Positions 35,201-50,200 of a stretch of DNA of 64,000 nt are shown piece by piece. The notes beneath the pieces were generated by a model. The model saw nothing but the letters and a program-made list of their open reading frames with translations, searched no databases and had not been told where the DNA came from. The DNA is taken from positions 36,270,001-36,334,000 of the forward strand of contig OZ024743.1 in NCBI GenBank assembly GCA_964016885.1, read 5' to 3'. The stretch comes from Eledone cirrhosa. Its lineage: Eukaryota. Both the position numbers and the translations under genes were made by a program. Numbering within the stretch: the first letter of the stretch is position 1; every line of letters starts with the position of its first letter.

Positions 35201-38200
35201 TTAATGTTCCTCTACAGTCTTTGTTAATGTTCCTGTACAGTCTTTGTTAATGTTCCTCTACAGTCTTTGTTAATGTTCCTCTACAGTCTTTGTTAATGTT
35301 CCTCTACAGTCCTTGTTAATGTTCCTCTACAGTCTTTGTTAATGTTCCCCTACAGTCTTTGTTAATATACCTCTACAGTCTTTGTTAATGTTCCTCTACA
35401 GTCTTTGTTAATGTTCCTCTACAGTCTTTGTTAATGTTCCTATACAGTCCTTGTTAATGTTCCTCTACAGCCCTTGTTAATGTTCCTCTACAGTCGTTGT
35501 TAATGTTCCTGTACAGTCTTTGTTAATATACCTCTACAGTCTTTGTTAATGTTCCTCTACAGTCCTTGTTAATGTTCCTCTACAGTCTTTGTTAATATTC
35601 CTCTACAGTCTTTGTTAATGTTCCTATACAGTCCTTGTTAATGTTCCTCTACAGCCCTTGTTAATGTTCCTCTACAGTCGTTGTTAATGTTCCTGTACAG
35701 TCTTTGTTATATATACCTCTACAGTCTTTGTTAATGTTCCTCTACAGTCCTTGTTAATGTTCCTCTACAGTCTTTGTTAATGTTCCTCTACAGTCTTTGT
35801 TAATGTTCCTATACAGTCCTTGTTAATGTTCCTCTACAGTCCTTGTTAATGTTCCTCTACAGTCTTTGTTAATGTTCCTGTACAGTGTTTGTTAAAGTTC
35901 CTCTACAGTCTTTGTTAACGTTCCTGTACAGTCCTTGATAATGTTCCTCTATAGTCCCAGTTAATGTTGCTCTACAGTCCTTGTTAATGTTCCTCTACAG
36001 TCTTTGTTAATGTTCCTGTACAGTCCTTGTTAATGTTCCTCTATAGTCCCAGTTAATGTTCCCCTACAGTCCTTATTAATGTTCCTCTACACTCTTTGTT
36101 TATATTCCTCTACAGTCCTTGTTAATGTTCCTCAACAGTCCTTGTTAATGTTCCTCTACAGTCTTTGTTATTGTTCCTCTACAGTCTTTGTTAAGGTTCC
36201 TCTACAGTCTTTGTTAATGTTCCTCTACAGTCCCAGTTAATAATCCTCTACAGTCCTTATTAATGTTCCTCTACAGTCCTTGTTAATGTTCCTCTACAGT
36301 CCTTGTTAATGTTCCTCTACAGTCTTTGTTAATGTTCCTCTACAGTCTTTGTTAATGTTCCTCTACAGTCCCAGTTAATAATCCTCTACATTCCTTATTA
36401 ATATTCCTCTACAGTCCTTGTTAATGTTCCTCTACAGTCCTTGTTAATGTTCCTCTACAGTCCTTGTTAATGTTCCTCTACAGTCCTTGTTAATGTTCCT
36501 CTACAGTCTTTGTTAATGTTCCTCTACAGTCTTTGTCAATATACCTCTACAGTCTTTGTTAATGTTCCTCTACAGTCCTTGATAATGTTCCTCTACAGTC
36601 CTTGTTAATGTTCCTCGACAGTCTTTGTTAATGTTCCCCTACAGTCTTTGTTAATGTTCCCCTACAGTCTTTGTTAATATACCTCTACAGTCTTTGTTAA
36701 TGTTCCTCTACAGTCTTTGTTAATGTTCCTCTACAGTCTGTGTTAATGTTCCTCTACAGTCTTTGTTAATGTTCCTCTACAGTCTTTGTTAATGTTCCTC
36801 TACAGTCTTTGTTAATGTTCCTCTACAGTCTTTGTTAATGTTCCTGTACAGTCTTTGTTAATGTTCCTCTACAGTCTTTGTTAATGTTCCTCTACAGTCT
36901 TTGTTAATGTTCCTGTACAGTCTTTGTTAATGTTCCTCTACAGTCTTTGTTAATGTTTCTCTACAGTCTTTGTTAATGTTCCTCTACAGTCCTTGTTAAT
37001 GTTCCTCTACAGTCTTTGTTAATGTTCCCCTACAGTCTTTGTTAATATACCTCTACAGTCTTTGTTAATGTTCCTCTACAGTCTTTGTTAATGTTCCTCT
37101 ACAGTCTTTGTTAATGTTCCTCTACAGTCTTTGTTAATGTTCCTCTACAGTCTTTGTTAATGTTCCTCTACAGTCCTTGTTAATGTTCCTCAACAGTCTT
37201 TGTTAATGTTCCCCTACAGTCTTTGTTAATATACCTCTACAGTCTTTGTTAATGTTCCTCTACAGTCTTTGTTAATGTTCCTCTACAGTCCTTGTTAATG
37301 TTCCTCTACAGTCTTTGTTAATGTTCCTGTACAGTCTTTGTTAATATACCTCTACAGTCTTTGTTAATGTTCCTCTACAGTCCTTGTTAATGTTCCTCTA
37401 CAGTCTTTGTTAATGTTTCCCTACAGTCTTTGTTAATGTTCCTCTACAGTCATTGTTACTGTTCCTCTACGGTCTTTGTTAATGTTCCTCTACAATCTAT
37501 GTTAATGTTCCTCTACAGACTTTGTTAATGTTCCTCTACAGTCTTTGTTAATGTTCCTCTACAGTCTTTGTTCATGTTCCTCTACAGTCATTGTTACTGT
37601 TCCTCTACAGTCTTTGTTAATGTTCCTCTACAGTCCTTGAGAATGTTCTTCTACAGTCTTTGATAATGTTCCTCTACAGTCCTTGTTAATGTTCCTCTAC
37701 AGTCCTTGTTAATGTTCTTCTACAGTCTTTGATAATGTTCCTCTACAGTCCTTGAGAATGTTCTTCTACAGTCTTTGATAATGTTCCTCTACAGTCCTTG
37801 TTAATGTTCCTCTACAGTCCTTGTTAATGTTCCTCTACAGTCTTTGTTAATGTTCCTCTACATTCTTTGTTAATGTTCCTATACAGTCCTTGTTAATGTT
37901 CCTCTACATTCCCTGTAAATGTTCCTCTACAGTCATTGATAATGTTCCTGTACAGTCTTTGTTAATATACCTCTACAGTCTTTCTTAATGTTCCTCTACA
38001 GCCCTTGTTAATGTTCCTCTACAGTCTTTGTTAATGTTCCTCTACAATCTTTGTTAATGTTCCTCTACAGTCTTTGTTAATGTTCCTCTACAGTCATTGT
38101 TAATGTTCCTCTACGGTCTTTGTTAATGTTCCTCTACAATCTATGTTAATGTACCTCTACAGTCTTTGTTAATGTTCCTCTACAGTCTTTGTTAATGTTC

Positions 38201-41200
38201 CCCTACAGTCTTTGTTAATATACCTCTACAGCCTTTGTTAACGTTCCTCTAGAGTGCCAGTTAATGTTCTTCTACAGTCTATTTTAATGTTCCTCTATAG
38301 TCCCAGTTAATGTTCCTCTACAGTCCTTGTTAATGTTCTTCTACAGTCTTTGATAATGTTCCTCTACAGTCCTTGTTAATGTTCCTCTACAGTCCTTGTT
38401 AATGTTCTTCTACAGTCTTTGATAATGTTCCTCTACAGTCGTTGAGAATGTTCTTCTACAGTCTTTGATAATGTTCCTCTACAGTCCTTGTTGATGTTCC
38501 TCTACAGTCCTTGTTAATGTTCCTCTACAGTCCTTGTTAATGTTCCTCTACAGTCTTTGTTAATGTTCCTCTACAGTCCTTGTAAATGTTCCTCTTCAGT
38601 CTATTTTCATGTTCCACTACAGTTATTTGTTAATGTTCCTCTACAGTCTTTGTTAATGTTCCCCTACAGTCTTTGTTAATGTTCCTCTACAGTCTTTGTT
38701 AATGTTCCTCTACAGTCTTTGTTAATGTTCTTCTACAGTCGTTGCTAATGTTCCTCTACAGTCTTTGTTAATGTTCCTCTACAGTCCTTGTTAATGTTCC
38801 TCTACAGTCTTTGTTAATGTTCCTCTACAGTCTTTGTTAATATACCTCTATAGTCTTTGTTAATGTTCCTCTACAGTCTTTGTTAATGTTCCTCTACAGT
38901 CTTTGTTAATGTTCCTCTACAGTATTTTTTAATGTTCCTCTACAGTCTTTGTTAATGTTCCACTACAGTCTTTGTTACTATTCCTCTACACTCTTTGTTG
39001 ATGTTCCTCTACAGTCTTTTTTAATGTTCCTCTACAGTCTTTGTTAATGTTCCTCTACAGTCATTGTTAATGTTCCTCTACGGTCTTTGTTAATGTTCCT
39101 CTACAATCTATGTTAATGTACCTCTACAGTCTTTGTTAATGTTCCTCTACAGTCTTTGTTAATGTTTCCCTACAGTCTTTGTTAATGTTCCTCTACAGTC
39201 CCAGTTAATGATCCTCTACTGTCCTTGTTAATGTTCCTCTAGAGTCCTTGTTAATGTTCCTCTACAGACTTTGTTAATGTTCCTCTACAGTCTTTGTTAA
39301 TGTTCCTCTACAGTCTTTGTTAATGTTCCTCTACAGTCTTTGATAATGTTCCTCTACAGTCTTTGTTAATGTTCCTCTACAGTCCTTGTTAATGTTCCTC
39401 TACAGTCTTTGTTAATGTTCCCCTACAGTCTTTGTTAATATACCTCTACAGTCTTTGTTAATGTTCCTCTACAGTCTTTGTTAATGTTCCTCTACAGTCT
39501 TTGTTAATGTTCCTATACAGTCCTTGTTAATGTTCCTCTACAGTCCTTGTTAATGTTCCTCTACAGTCTTTGTTAATGTTCCTGTACAGTCTTTGTTAAT
39601 ATACCTCTACAGTCTTTGTTAATGTTCCTCTACAGTCCTTGTTAATGTTCCTCTACAGTCTTTGTTAATGTTCCTCTACATTCTTTGTTAATGTTCCTAT
39701 ACAGTCCTTGTTAATGTTCCTCTACAGTCTTTGTTAATGTTCCACTACAGTCTTTGTTACTATTCCTCTACACTCTTTGTTAATGTTCCTCTACAGTCTT
39801 TTTTAATGTTCCTCTACAGTCTTTTTTAATGTTCCTCTACAGTCTTTGTTAATGTTCCTCTACAGTCTTTGTTACTATTCCTCTATAGTCTTTGTTAATG
39901 TTCTACTACAGTCTTTTTTAATGTTCCTCTACAGTCCTTGTTAATGTTCCTCTACAGTCTTTGTTAATGTTCCTCTACAGTCTTTGTTAATGTTCCTCTA
40001 CAGTCCCAGTTAATGTTCCTCTACAGTCTCTGTTAATGTTCCTCTACAGTCTTTGTTAATGTTCCTCTACATTCTTTGTTAATGTTCCTATACAGTCCTT
40101 GTTAATGTTCCTCTACAGTCCCTGTAAATGTTCCTCTACAGTCATTGATAATGTTCCTGTACAGTCTTTGTTAATATACCTCTACAGTCTTTCTTAATGT
40201 TCCTCTACAGCCCTTGTTAATGTTCCTCGACGGTCTTTGTTAATGTTCCTCTACAATCTATGTTAATGTACCTCTACAGTCTTTGTTAATGTTCCTCTAC
40301 AGTCTTTGTTAATGTTTCCCTACAGTCTTTGTTAATGTTCCTCTACAGTCCCAGTTAATGTTCCTCTACAGTCTTTGTTAATGTTCCTCTACAGTCTTTG
40401 TTAATGTTCCTCTACAGTCGTTGTTAATGTTCCTGTACAGTCTTTGTTAATATACCTCTACAGTCTTTGTTAATGTTCCTCTACAGTCCTTGTTAATGTT
40501 CCTCTTCAGTCTTTGTTAATGTTCCTCTACAGTCTTTGTTAATGTTCCTATACAGTCCTTGTTAATGTTCCTCTACAGTCCTTGTAAATGTTCCTCTACA
40601 GTCTTTGATAATGTTGCTGTACAGTCATTGTTAATATACCTCTACAGTCCTTGTTAATGTTCCTCTACAGTCTTTGTTAATGTTCCTGTACAGTCCTTGT
40701 TAATGTTCCTCTATAGTCCCAGTTAATGTTCCCCTACAGTCTTTGTTAATATTCCCCTACTGTCTTTATTAATGTTCCTCTACAGTCTTTGTTAATGTTC
40801 CTCTATAGTCCCAGTTAATGTACCCCTACAGTCTTTGTTAATGTTCCCCTACAGTCTTTGTTAATGTTCCTCTACAGTCTTTGTTAATGTTCCTCTATAG
40901 TCCCAGTGAATGTTCCCCTACAGTCTTTGTTAATGTTCCTCTACAGTCCTTGTTAATGTTCCTCTACAGTCTTTGTTAACGTTCCTCTACAGTCCCAGTT
41001 AATGTTCTTCTACAGTCTATTTTAATGTTCCTCTATAGTCCCAGTTAATGTTCCTCTACAGTCCTTGTTAATGTTCCTCTGCAGTCTTTGTTAATGTTCC
41101 TCTACAGTCCTTGTTAATGTTCCTCTACAGTCCGAGTTAATGTTCCTCTACAGTCTTTGTTAATGTTCCTGTACAGTTCTTGTTAATGTTCCTCTATAGT

Positions 41201-44200
41201 CCCAGTTAATGTTCCTCTACAGTCCTTGTTAATGTTCCCCTACAGTCTTTGTTAATGTTCCTGTACAGTCCTTGATAATGTACCTCTATAGTCCCAGTTA
41301 ATGTTCCTCTACAGTCTTTGTTAATGTTCCTGTACAGTCATTGTTAATGTTCCTCTATAGTCCCAGTTAATGTTCCTCTACAGTCCTTGTTAATGTTCCT
41401 CTACAGTCTTTGTTAATGTTCCTGTACAGTCCTTGTTAACGTTCCTCTATAGTCCCAGTTAATGTTACTCTACAGTGTTTGTTAAAGTTCCTCTACAGTC
41501 TTTGTTAACGTTCCTGTACAGTCCTTGATAATGTTCCTCTATAGTCCCAGTTAATGTTGCTCTACAGTCCTTGTTAATGTTCCTCTACAGTCTTTGTTAA
41601 TGTTCCTGTACAGTCCTTGTTAATGTTCCTCTATAGTCCCAGTTAATGTTCCCCTACAGTCCTTATTAATGTTCCTCTACACTCTTTGTTAATATTCCTC
41701 TACAGTCCTTGTTAATGTTCCTCAACAGTCCTTGTTAATGTTCCCCTACAGTCTTTGTTATTGTTCCTCTACAGTCTTTGTTAAGGTTCCTCTACAGTCT
41801 TTGTTAATGTTCCTCTACAGTCCCAGTTAATAATCCTCTACAGTCCTTATTAATGTTCCTCTACAGTCCTTGTTAATGTTCCTCTACAGTCCTTGTTAAT
41901 GTTCCTCTACAGTCTTTGTTAATGTTCCTCTACAGTCTTTTTTAATGTTCCTCTACAGTCCCAGTTAATAATCCTCTACATTCCTTATTAATATTCCTCT
42001 ACAGTCCTTGTTAATGTTCCTCTACAGTCCTTGTTAATGTTCCTCTACAGTCCTTGTTAATGTTCCTCTACAGTCCTTGTTAATGTTCCTCTACAGTCTT
42101 TGTTAATGTTCCTCTACAGTCTTTGTCAATATACCTCTACAGTCTTTGTTAATGTTCCTCTACAGTCCTTGATAATGTTCCTCGACAGTCCTTGTTAATG
42201 TTCCTCGACAGTCTTTGTTAATGGTCCCCTACAGTCTTTGTTAATGTTCCCCTACAGTCTTTGTTAATATACCTCTACAGTCTTTGTTAATGTTCCTCTA
42301 CAGTCTTTGTTAATGTTCCTCTACAGTCTTTGTTAATGTTCCTCTACAGTCTTTGTTAATGTTCCTCTACAGTCTTTGTTAATGTTCCTCTACAGCCCTT
42401 GTTAATGTTCCTCTACAGTCGTTGTTAATGTTCCTGTACAGTCTTTGTTAATGTTCCCCTACAGTCTTTGTTATTGTTCCTCTACAGTCTTTGTTAAGGT
42501 TCCTCTACAGTCTTTGTTAATGTTCCTCTACAGTCCCAGTTAATAATCCTCTACAGTCCTTATTAATGTTCCTCTACAGTCCTTGTTAATGTTCCTCTAC
42601 AGTCCTTGTTAATGTTCCTCTACAGTCTTTGTTAATGTTCCTCTACAGTCTTTTTTAATGTTCCTCTACAGTCCCAGTTAATAATCCTCTACATTCCTTA
42701 TTAATATTCCTCTACAGTCCTTGTTAATGTTCCTCTACAGTCCTTGTTAATGTTCCTCTACAGTCCTTGTTAATGTTCCTCTACAGTCCTTGTTAATGTT
42801 CCTCTACAGTCTTTGTTAATGTTCCTCTACAGTCTTTGTCAATATACCTCTACAGTCTTTGTTAATGTTCCTCTACAGTCCTTGATAATGTTCCTCGACA
42901 GTCCTTGTTAATGTTCCTCGACAGTCTTTGTTAATGGTCCCCTACAGTCTTTGTTAATGTTCCCCTACAGTCTTTGTTAATATACCTCTACAGTCTTTGT
43001 TAATGTTCCTCTACAGTCTTTGTTAATGTTCCTCTACAGTCTTTGTTAATGTTCCTCTACAGTCTTTGTTAATGTTCCTCTACAGTCTTTGTTAATGTTC
43101 CTCTACAGCCCTTGTTAATGTTCCTCTACAGTCGTTGTTAATGTTCCTGTACAGTCTTTGTTAATGTTCCCCTACAGTCTTTGTTAATATACCTCTACAG
43201 TCTTTGTTAATGTTCCTCTACAGTCTTTGTTAATGTTCCTCTACAGTCTTTGTTAATGTTCCTATACAGTCCTTGTTAATGTTCCTCTACAGTCCTTGTA
43301 ATTGTTCCTCTACAGTCTTTGATAATGTTGCTGTACAGTCTTTGTTAATATACCTCTACAGTCCTTGTTAATGTTCCTCTACAGTCTTTGTTAATGTTCC
43401 TGTACAGTCCTTGTTAATGTTCCTCTATAGTCCCAGTTAATGTTCCCCTACAGTCCTTATTAATGTTCCTCTACACTCTTTGATAATATTCCTCTACAGT
43501 CTTTGTTAATGTTCCTCTACAGTCTTTGTTAATATTCCTCTACAGTCCTTGTTAATGTTCCTCTACAGTCTTTGTTAATGTTCCTCTATAGTCCCAGTTA
43601 ATGTTCCCCTACAGTCTTTGTTAATATTCCCCTACTGTCTTTATTAATGTTCCTCTACAGTCTTTGTTAATGTTCCTCTATAGTCCCAGTGAATGTTCCC
43701 CTACAGTCTTTGTTAATGTTCCTCTACAGTCCTTGTTAATGTTCCTCTACAGTCTTTGTTAACGTTCCTCTACAGTCCCAGTTAATGTTCTTCTACAGTC
43801 TTTTCTATTATTCCTCTATAGTCCCAGTTAATGTTCCTCTACAGTCCTTGTTAATGTTCCTCTGCAGTCTTTGTTAATGTTCCTCTACAGTCCTTGTTAA
43901 TGTTCCTCTACAGTCCGAGTTAATGTTCCTCTACAGTCTTTGTGAATGTTCCTGTACAGTTCCTGTTAATGTTCCTCTATAGTCCCAGTTAATGTTCCTC
44001 TACAGTCCTTGTTAAGGTTCCTCTACAATCTTTGTTAATGTTCCTGTACAGTCCTTGATAATGTACCTCTATAGTCCCAGTTAATGTTCCTCTACAGTCT
44101 TTGTTAATGTTCCTGTACAGTCCTTGTTAATGTTCCTCTATAGTCCCAGTTAATGTTCCTCTACAGTCCTTTTTAATGTTCCTCTACAGTTTTGTTAATG

Positions 44201-47200
44201 TTCCTGTACAGTCCTTGTTAATGTTCCTCTATAGTCCCAGTTAATATTCCTCTACAGTGTTTGTTAATGTTCCTCTACAGTCTTTGTTAATGTTCCTGTA
44301 CAGTCCTTGATAATGTTCCTCTATAGTCCCAGTTAATGTTGCTCTACAGTCCTTGTTAATGTTCCTCTACAGTCTTTGTTAATGTTCCTGTACAGTCCTT
44401 GTTAATGTTCCTCTATAGTCCCAGTTAATGTTGCTCTACAGTCCCTGATAATGTTCCTCTACAGTCCTTGTTAATGTTCCTCGACAGTCTTTGTTAATGT
44501 TCCCCTACAGTCTTTGTTAATGTTCCCCTACAGTCTTTGTTAATATACCTCTACAGTCTTTGTGAATGTTCCTCTACAGTCTTTGTTAATGTTCCTCTAC
44601 AGTCTGTGTTAATGTTCCTCTACAGTCTTTGTTAATGTTCCTCTACAGTCTTTGTTAATGTTCCTCTACATTCTTTGTTAATGTTCCTCTACAGTCTTTG
44701 TTAATGTTCCTCTACAGTCTTTGTTAATGTTCCTCTACAGTCTTTGTTAATGTTCCTCTACAGTCTTTGTTAATGTTCCTCTACAGTCCTTGTTAATGTT
44801 CCTCTACAGTCTTTGTTAATGTTCCCCTACAGTATTTGTTAATATACCTCTACAGTCTTTGTTAATGTTCCTCTACAGTCTTTGTTAATGTTCCTCTACA
44901 GTCTTTGTTAATGTTCCTATACAGTCCTTGTTAATGTTCCTCTACAGTCCTTGTTAATGTTCCTCTACAGTCTTTGTTAATGTTCCTGTACACTCTTTGT
45001 TAATATACCTCTACAGTCTTTGTTAATGTTCCTCTACAGTCCTTGTTAATGTTCCTCTACAGTCTTTGTTAATGTTCCTCTACATTCTTTGTTAATGTTC
45101 CTATACAGTCCTTGTTAATGTTCCTCTACAGTCCCTGTAAATGTTCCTCTACAGTCATTGATAATGTTCCTGTACAGTCTTTGTTAATATACCTCTACAG
45201 TCTATATTAATGTTCCTCCACAGCCCTTGTTAATGTTCCTCTACAGTCTTTGTTAATGTTCCTCTACAATCTTTGTTAATGTTCCTCTACAGTCTTTGTT
45301 AATGTTCCTCTACAGTCATTGTTAATGTTCCTCTACGGTCTTTGTTAATGTTCCTCTACAATCTTTGTTAATGTTCCTCTACAGTCTTTGTTAATGTTCC
45401 TCTACAGTCCCAGTTAATGATCCTCTACTGTCCTTGTTAATATTCCTCTACAGTCCTTGTTAATGTTCCTCTACAGACTTTGTTAATGTTCCTCTACAGT
45501 CTTTGTTAATGTTCCTCTACAGTCTTTGTTTATGTTCCTCTACAGTCTTTGTTAATGTTCCTCTACAGTCTTTGTTAATGTTCCTCTACAGTCCTTGTTA
45601 ATGTTCCTCAACAGTCTTTGTTAATGTTCCCCTACAGTCTTTGTTAATATACCTCTACAGTCTTTGTTAATGTTCCTCTACAGTCTTTGTTAATGTTCCT
45701 CAACAGTCTTTGTTAATGTTCCTATACAGTCCTTGTTAATGTTCCTCTACAGTCCTTGTTAATGTTCCTCTACAGTCTTTGTTAATGTTCCTGTACAGTC
45801 TTTGTTAATATACCTCTACAGTCTTTGTTAATGTTCCTCTACAGTCCTTGTTAATGTTCCTCTACAGTCTTTGTTAATGTTCCTCTACATTCTTTGTTAA
45901 TGTTCCTATACAATCCCTGTAAATGTTCCTCTACAGTCATTGATAATGTTCCTGTACAGTCTTTGTTAATATACCTCTACAGTCTTTCTTAATGTTCCTC
46001 TACAGCCCTTGTTAATGTTCCTCTACAGTCTTTGTTAATGTTCCTCTACAATCTTTGTTAATGTTCCTCTACAGTCTTTGTTAATGTTCCTCTACAGTCA
46101 TTGTTAATGTTCCTCTACGGTCTTTGTTAATGTTCCTCTACAATCTATGTTAATGTACCTCTACAGTCTTTGTTAATGTTCCTCTACAGTCTTTGTTAAT
46201 GTTTCCCTACAGTCTTTGTTAATGTTCCTCTACAGTCCCAGTTAATGATCCTCTACTGTCCTTGTTAATGTTCCTCTACAGTCCTTGTTAATGTTCCTCT
46301 ACAGACTTTGTTAATGTTCCTCTACAGTCTTTGTTAATGTTCCTCTACAGTCTTTGTTCATGTTCCTCTACAGTCATTGTTACTGTTCCTCTACAGTCTT
46401 TGTTAATGTTCCTCTACAGTCCTTGAGAATGTTCTTCTACAGTCTTTGATAATGTTCCTCTACAGTCCTTGTTAATGTTCCTCTACAGTCCTTGTTAATG
46501 TTCTTCTACAGTCTTTGATAATGTTCCTCTACAGTCCTTGAGAATGTTCTTCTACAGTCTTTGATAATGTTCCTCTACAGTCCTTGTTAATGTTCCTCTA
46601 CAGTCCTTGTTAATGTTCCTCTACAGTCCTTGTTAATGTTCCTCTACAGTCTTTGTTAATGTTCCTCTACAGTCCTTGTAAATGTTCCTCTACAGTCTAT
46701 TTTCATGTTCCACTACAGTTATTTGTTAATGTTCCTCTACAGTCTTTGTTAATGTTCCTCTACAGTCTTTGTTAATGTTCCTCTACAGTCTTTGTTAATG
46801 TTCCTCTTCAGTCTTTGTTAATGTTCTTCTACAGTCGTTGCTAATGTTCCTCTACAGTCTTTGTTAATGTTCCTCTACAGTCCTTGTTAATGTTCCTCTA
46901 CAGTCTTTGTTAATGTTCCTCTACAGTCTTTGTTAATATACCTCTATAGTCTTTGTTAATGTTCCTCTACAGTATTTGTTAATGTTCCTCTACAGTCTTT
47001 TTTAATGTTCCTCTACAGTATTTTTTAATGTTCCTCTACAGTCTTTGTTAATGTTCCACTACAGTCTTTGTTACTATTCCTCTACACTCTTTGTTAATGT
47101 TCCTCTACAGTCTTTTTTAATGTTCCTCTACAGTCTTTTTTAATGTTCCTCTACAGTCTTTGTTAATGTTCCTCTACAGTCTTTGTTACTATTCCTCTAT

Positions 47201-50200
47201 AGTCTTTGTTAATGTTCTTCTACAGTCTTTCTTAATGTTCCTCTACAGTCCTTGTTAATGTTCCTCTACAGTCTTTGTTAATGTTCCTCTACAGTCTTTG
47301 TTAATGTTCCTCTACAGTCCCAGTTAATGTTCCTCTACAGTCTCTGTTAATGTTCCTCTACAGTCTTTTTTAATGTTCCTCTACAATCTTTGTTAATGTT
47401 CCACTACAGTCTTTGTTACTATTCCTCTACACTCTTTGTTAATGTTCCTCTACAGTCTTTGTTAATGTTCCTCTACAGTCTTTGTTACTATTCCTCTACA
47501 GTCTTTGTTAATGTTCCACTACAGTCTTTGTTACTATTCCTCTACACTCTTTGTTAATGTTCCTCTACAGTCTTTTTTAATGTTCCTCTACGGTCTTTTT
47601 TAATGTTCCTCTACAGTCTTTGTTAATGTTCCTCTACAGTCTTTGTTACTATTCCTCTACAGTCTTTGTTAATCTTCCACTACAGTCTTTGTTACTATTC
47701 CTCTACACTCTTTGTTAATGTTCCTCTACAGTCTTTTTTAATGTTCCTCTACAGTCCTTGTTAATGTTCCTCTACAGTTTTTGTTAATGTTCCTCTACAA
47801 TCTTTGTTAATGTTCCTCTACAGTCTTTGATAATGTTCCTCTACAGTCTTTGTTAATGTTCCTCTACAGTCCTTGTTAATGTTCCTCTACAGTCTTTGTT
47901 AATGTTCCTCTACAGTCTTTGTTAATGTTCCTCTACAGTCTTTGTTAATGTTCCTCTACAGTCTTTGTTAATGTTCCCCTACAGTCTTTGTTAATATACC
48001 TCTACAGTCTTTGTGAATGTTCCTCTACAGTCTTTGTTAATGTTCCTCTACAGTCTGTGTTAATGTTCCTCTACAGTCTTTGTTAATGTTCCTCTACAGT
48101 CTTTGTTAATGTTCCTCTACATTCTTTGTTAATGTTCCTCTACAGTCTTTGTTAATGTTCCTCTACAGTCTTTGTTAATGTTCCTCTACAGTCTTTGTTA
48201 ATGTTCCTCTACAGTCTTTGTTAATGTTCCTCTACAGTCCTTGTTAATGTTCCTCTACAGTCTTTGTTAATGTTCCCCTACAGTATTTGTTAATATACCT
48301 CTACAGTCTTTGTTAATGTTCCTCTACAGTCTTTGTTAATGTTCCTCTACAGTCTTTGTTAATGTTCCTATACAGTCCTTGTTAATGTTCCTCTACATTC
48401 CTTGTTAATGTTCCTCTACAGTCTTTGTTAATGTTCCTGTACACTCTTTGTTAATATACCTCTACAGTCTTTGTTAATGTTCCTCTACAGTCCTTGTTAA
48501 TGTTCCTCTACAGTCTTTGTTAATGTTCCTCTACATTCTTTGTTAATGTTCCTATACAGTCCTTGTTAATGTTCCTCTACAGTCCCTGTAAATGTTCCTC
48601 TACAGTCATTGATAATGTTCCTGTACAGTCATTGTTAATATACCTCTACAGTCTATATTAATGTTCCTCCACAGCCCTTGTTAATGTTCCTCTACAGTCT
48701 TTGTTAATGTTCCTCTACAATCTTTGTTAATGTTCCTCTACAGTCTTTGTTAATGTTCCTCTACAGTCATTGTTAATGTTCCTCTACGGTCTTTGTTAAT
48801 GTTCCTCTACAATCTTTGTTAATGTTCCTCTACAGTCTTTGTTAATGTTCCTCTACAGTCCCAGTTAATGATCCTCTACTGTCCTTGTTAATATTCCTCT
48901 ACAGTCCTTGTTAATGTTCCTCTACAGACTTTGTTAATGTTCCTCTACACTCTTTGTTAATATTCCTCTACAGTCCTTGTTAATGTTCCTCAACAGTCCT
49001 TGTTAATGTTCCCCTACAGTCTTTGTTATTGTTCCTCTACAGTCTTTGTTAAGGTTCCTCTACAGTCTTTGTTAATGTTCCTCTACAGTCCCAGTTAATA
49101 ATCCTCTACAGTCCTTATTAATGTTCCTCTACAGTCCTTGTTAATGTTCCTCTACAGTCCTTGTTAATGTTCCTCTACAGTCTTTGTTAATGTTCCTCTA
49201 CAGTCTTTTTTAATGTTCCTCTACAGTCCCAGTTAATAATCCTCTACATTCCTTATTAATATTCCTCTACAGTCCTTGTTAATGTTCCTCTACAGTCCTT
49301 GTTAATGTTCCTCTACAGTCCTTGTTAATGTTCCTCTACAGTCCTTGTTAATGTTCCTCTACAGTCTTTGTTAATGTTCCTCTACAGTCTTTGTCAATAT
49401 ACCTCTACAGTCTTTGTTAATGTTCCTCTACAGTCCTTGATAATGTTCCTCGACAGTCCTTGTTAATGTTCCTCGACAGTCTTTGTTAATGGTCCCCTAC
49501 AGTCTTTGTTAATGTTCCCCTACAGTCTTTGTTAATATACCTCTACAGTCTTTGTTAATGTTCCTCTACAGTCTTTGTTAATGTTCCTCTACAGTCTTTG
49601 TTAATGTTCCTCTACAGTCTTTGTTAATGTTCCTCTACAGTCTTTGTTAATGTTCCTCTACAGCCCTTGTTAATGTTCCTCTACAGTCGTTGTTAATGTT
49701 CCTGTACAGTCTTTGTTAATGTTCCCCTACAGTCTTTGTTATTGTTCCTCTACAGTCTTTGTTAAGGTTCCTCTACAGTCTTTGTTAATGTTCCTCTACA
49801 GTCCCAGTTAATAATCCTCTACAGTCCTTATTAATGTTCCTCTACAGTCCTTGTTAATGTTCCTCTACAGTCCTTGTTAATGTTCCTCTACAGTCTTTGT
49901 TAATGTTCCTCTACAGTCTTTTTTAATGTTCCTCTACAGTCCCAGTTAATAATCCTCTACATTCCTTATTAATATTCCTCTACAGTCCTTGTTAATGTTC
50001 CTCTACAGTCCTTGTTAATGTTCCTCTACAGTCCTTGTTAATGTTCCTCTACAGTCTTTGTTAATGTTCCTCTACAGTCTTTGTCAATATACCTCTACAG
50101 TCTTTGTTAATGTTCCTCTACAGTCCTTGATAATGTTCCTCGACAGTCCTTGTTAATGTTCCTCGACAGTCTTTGTTAATGGTCCCCTACAGTCTTTGTT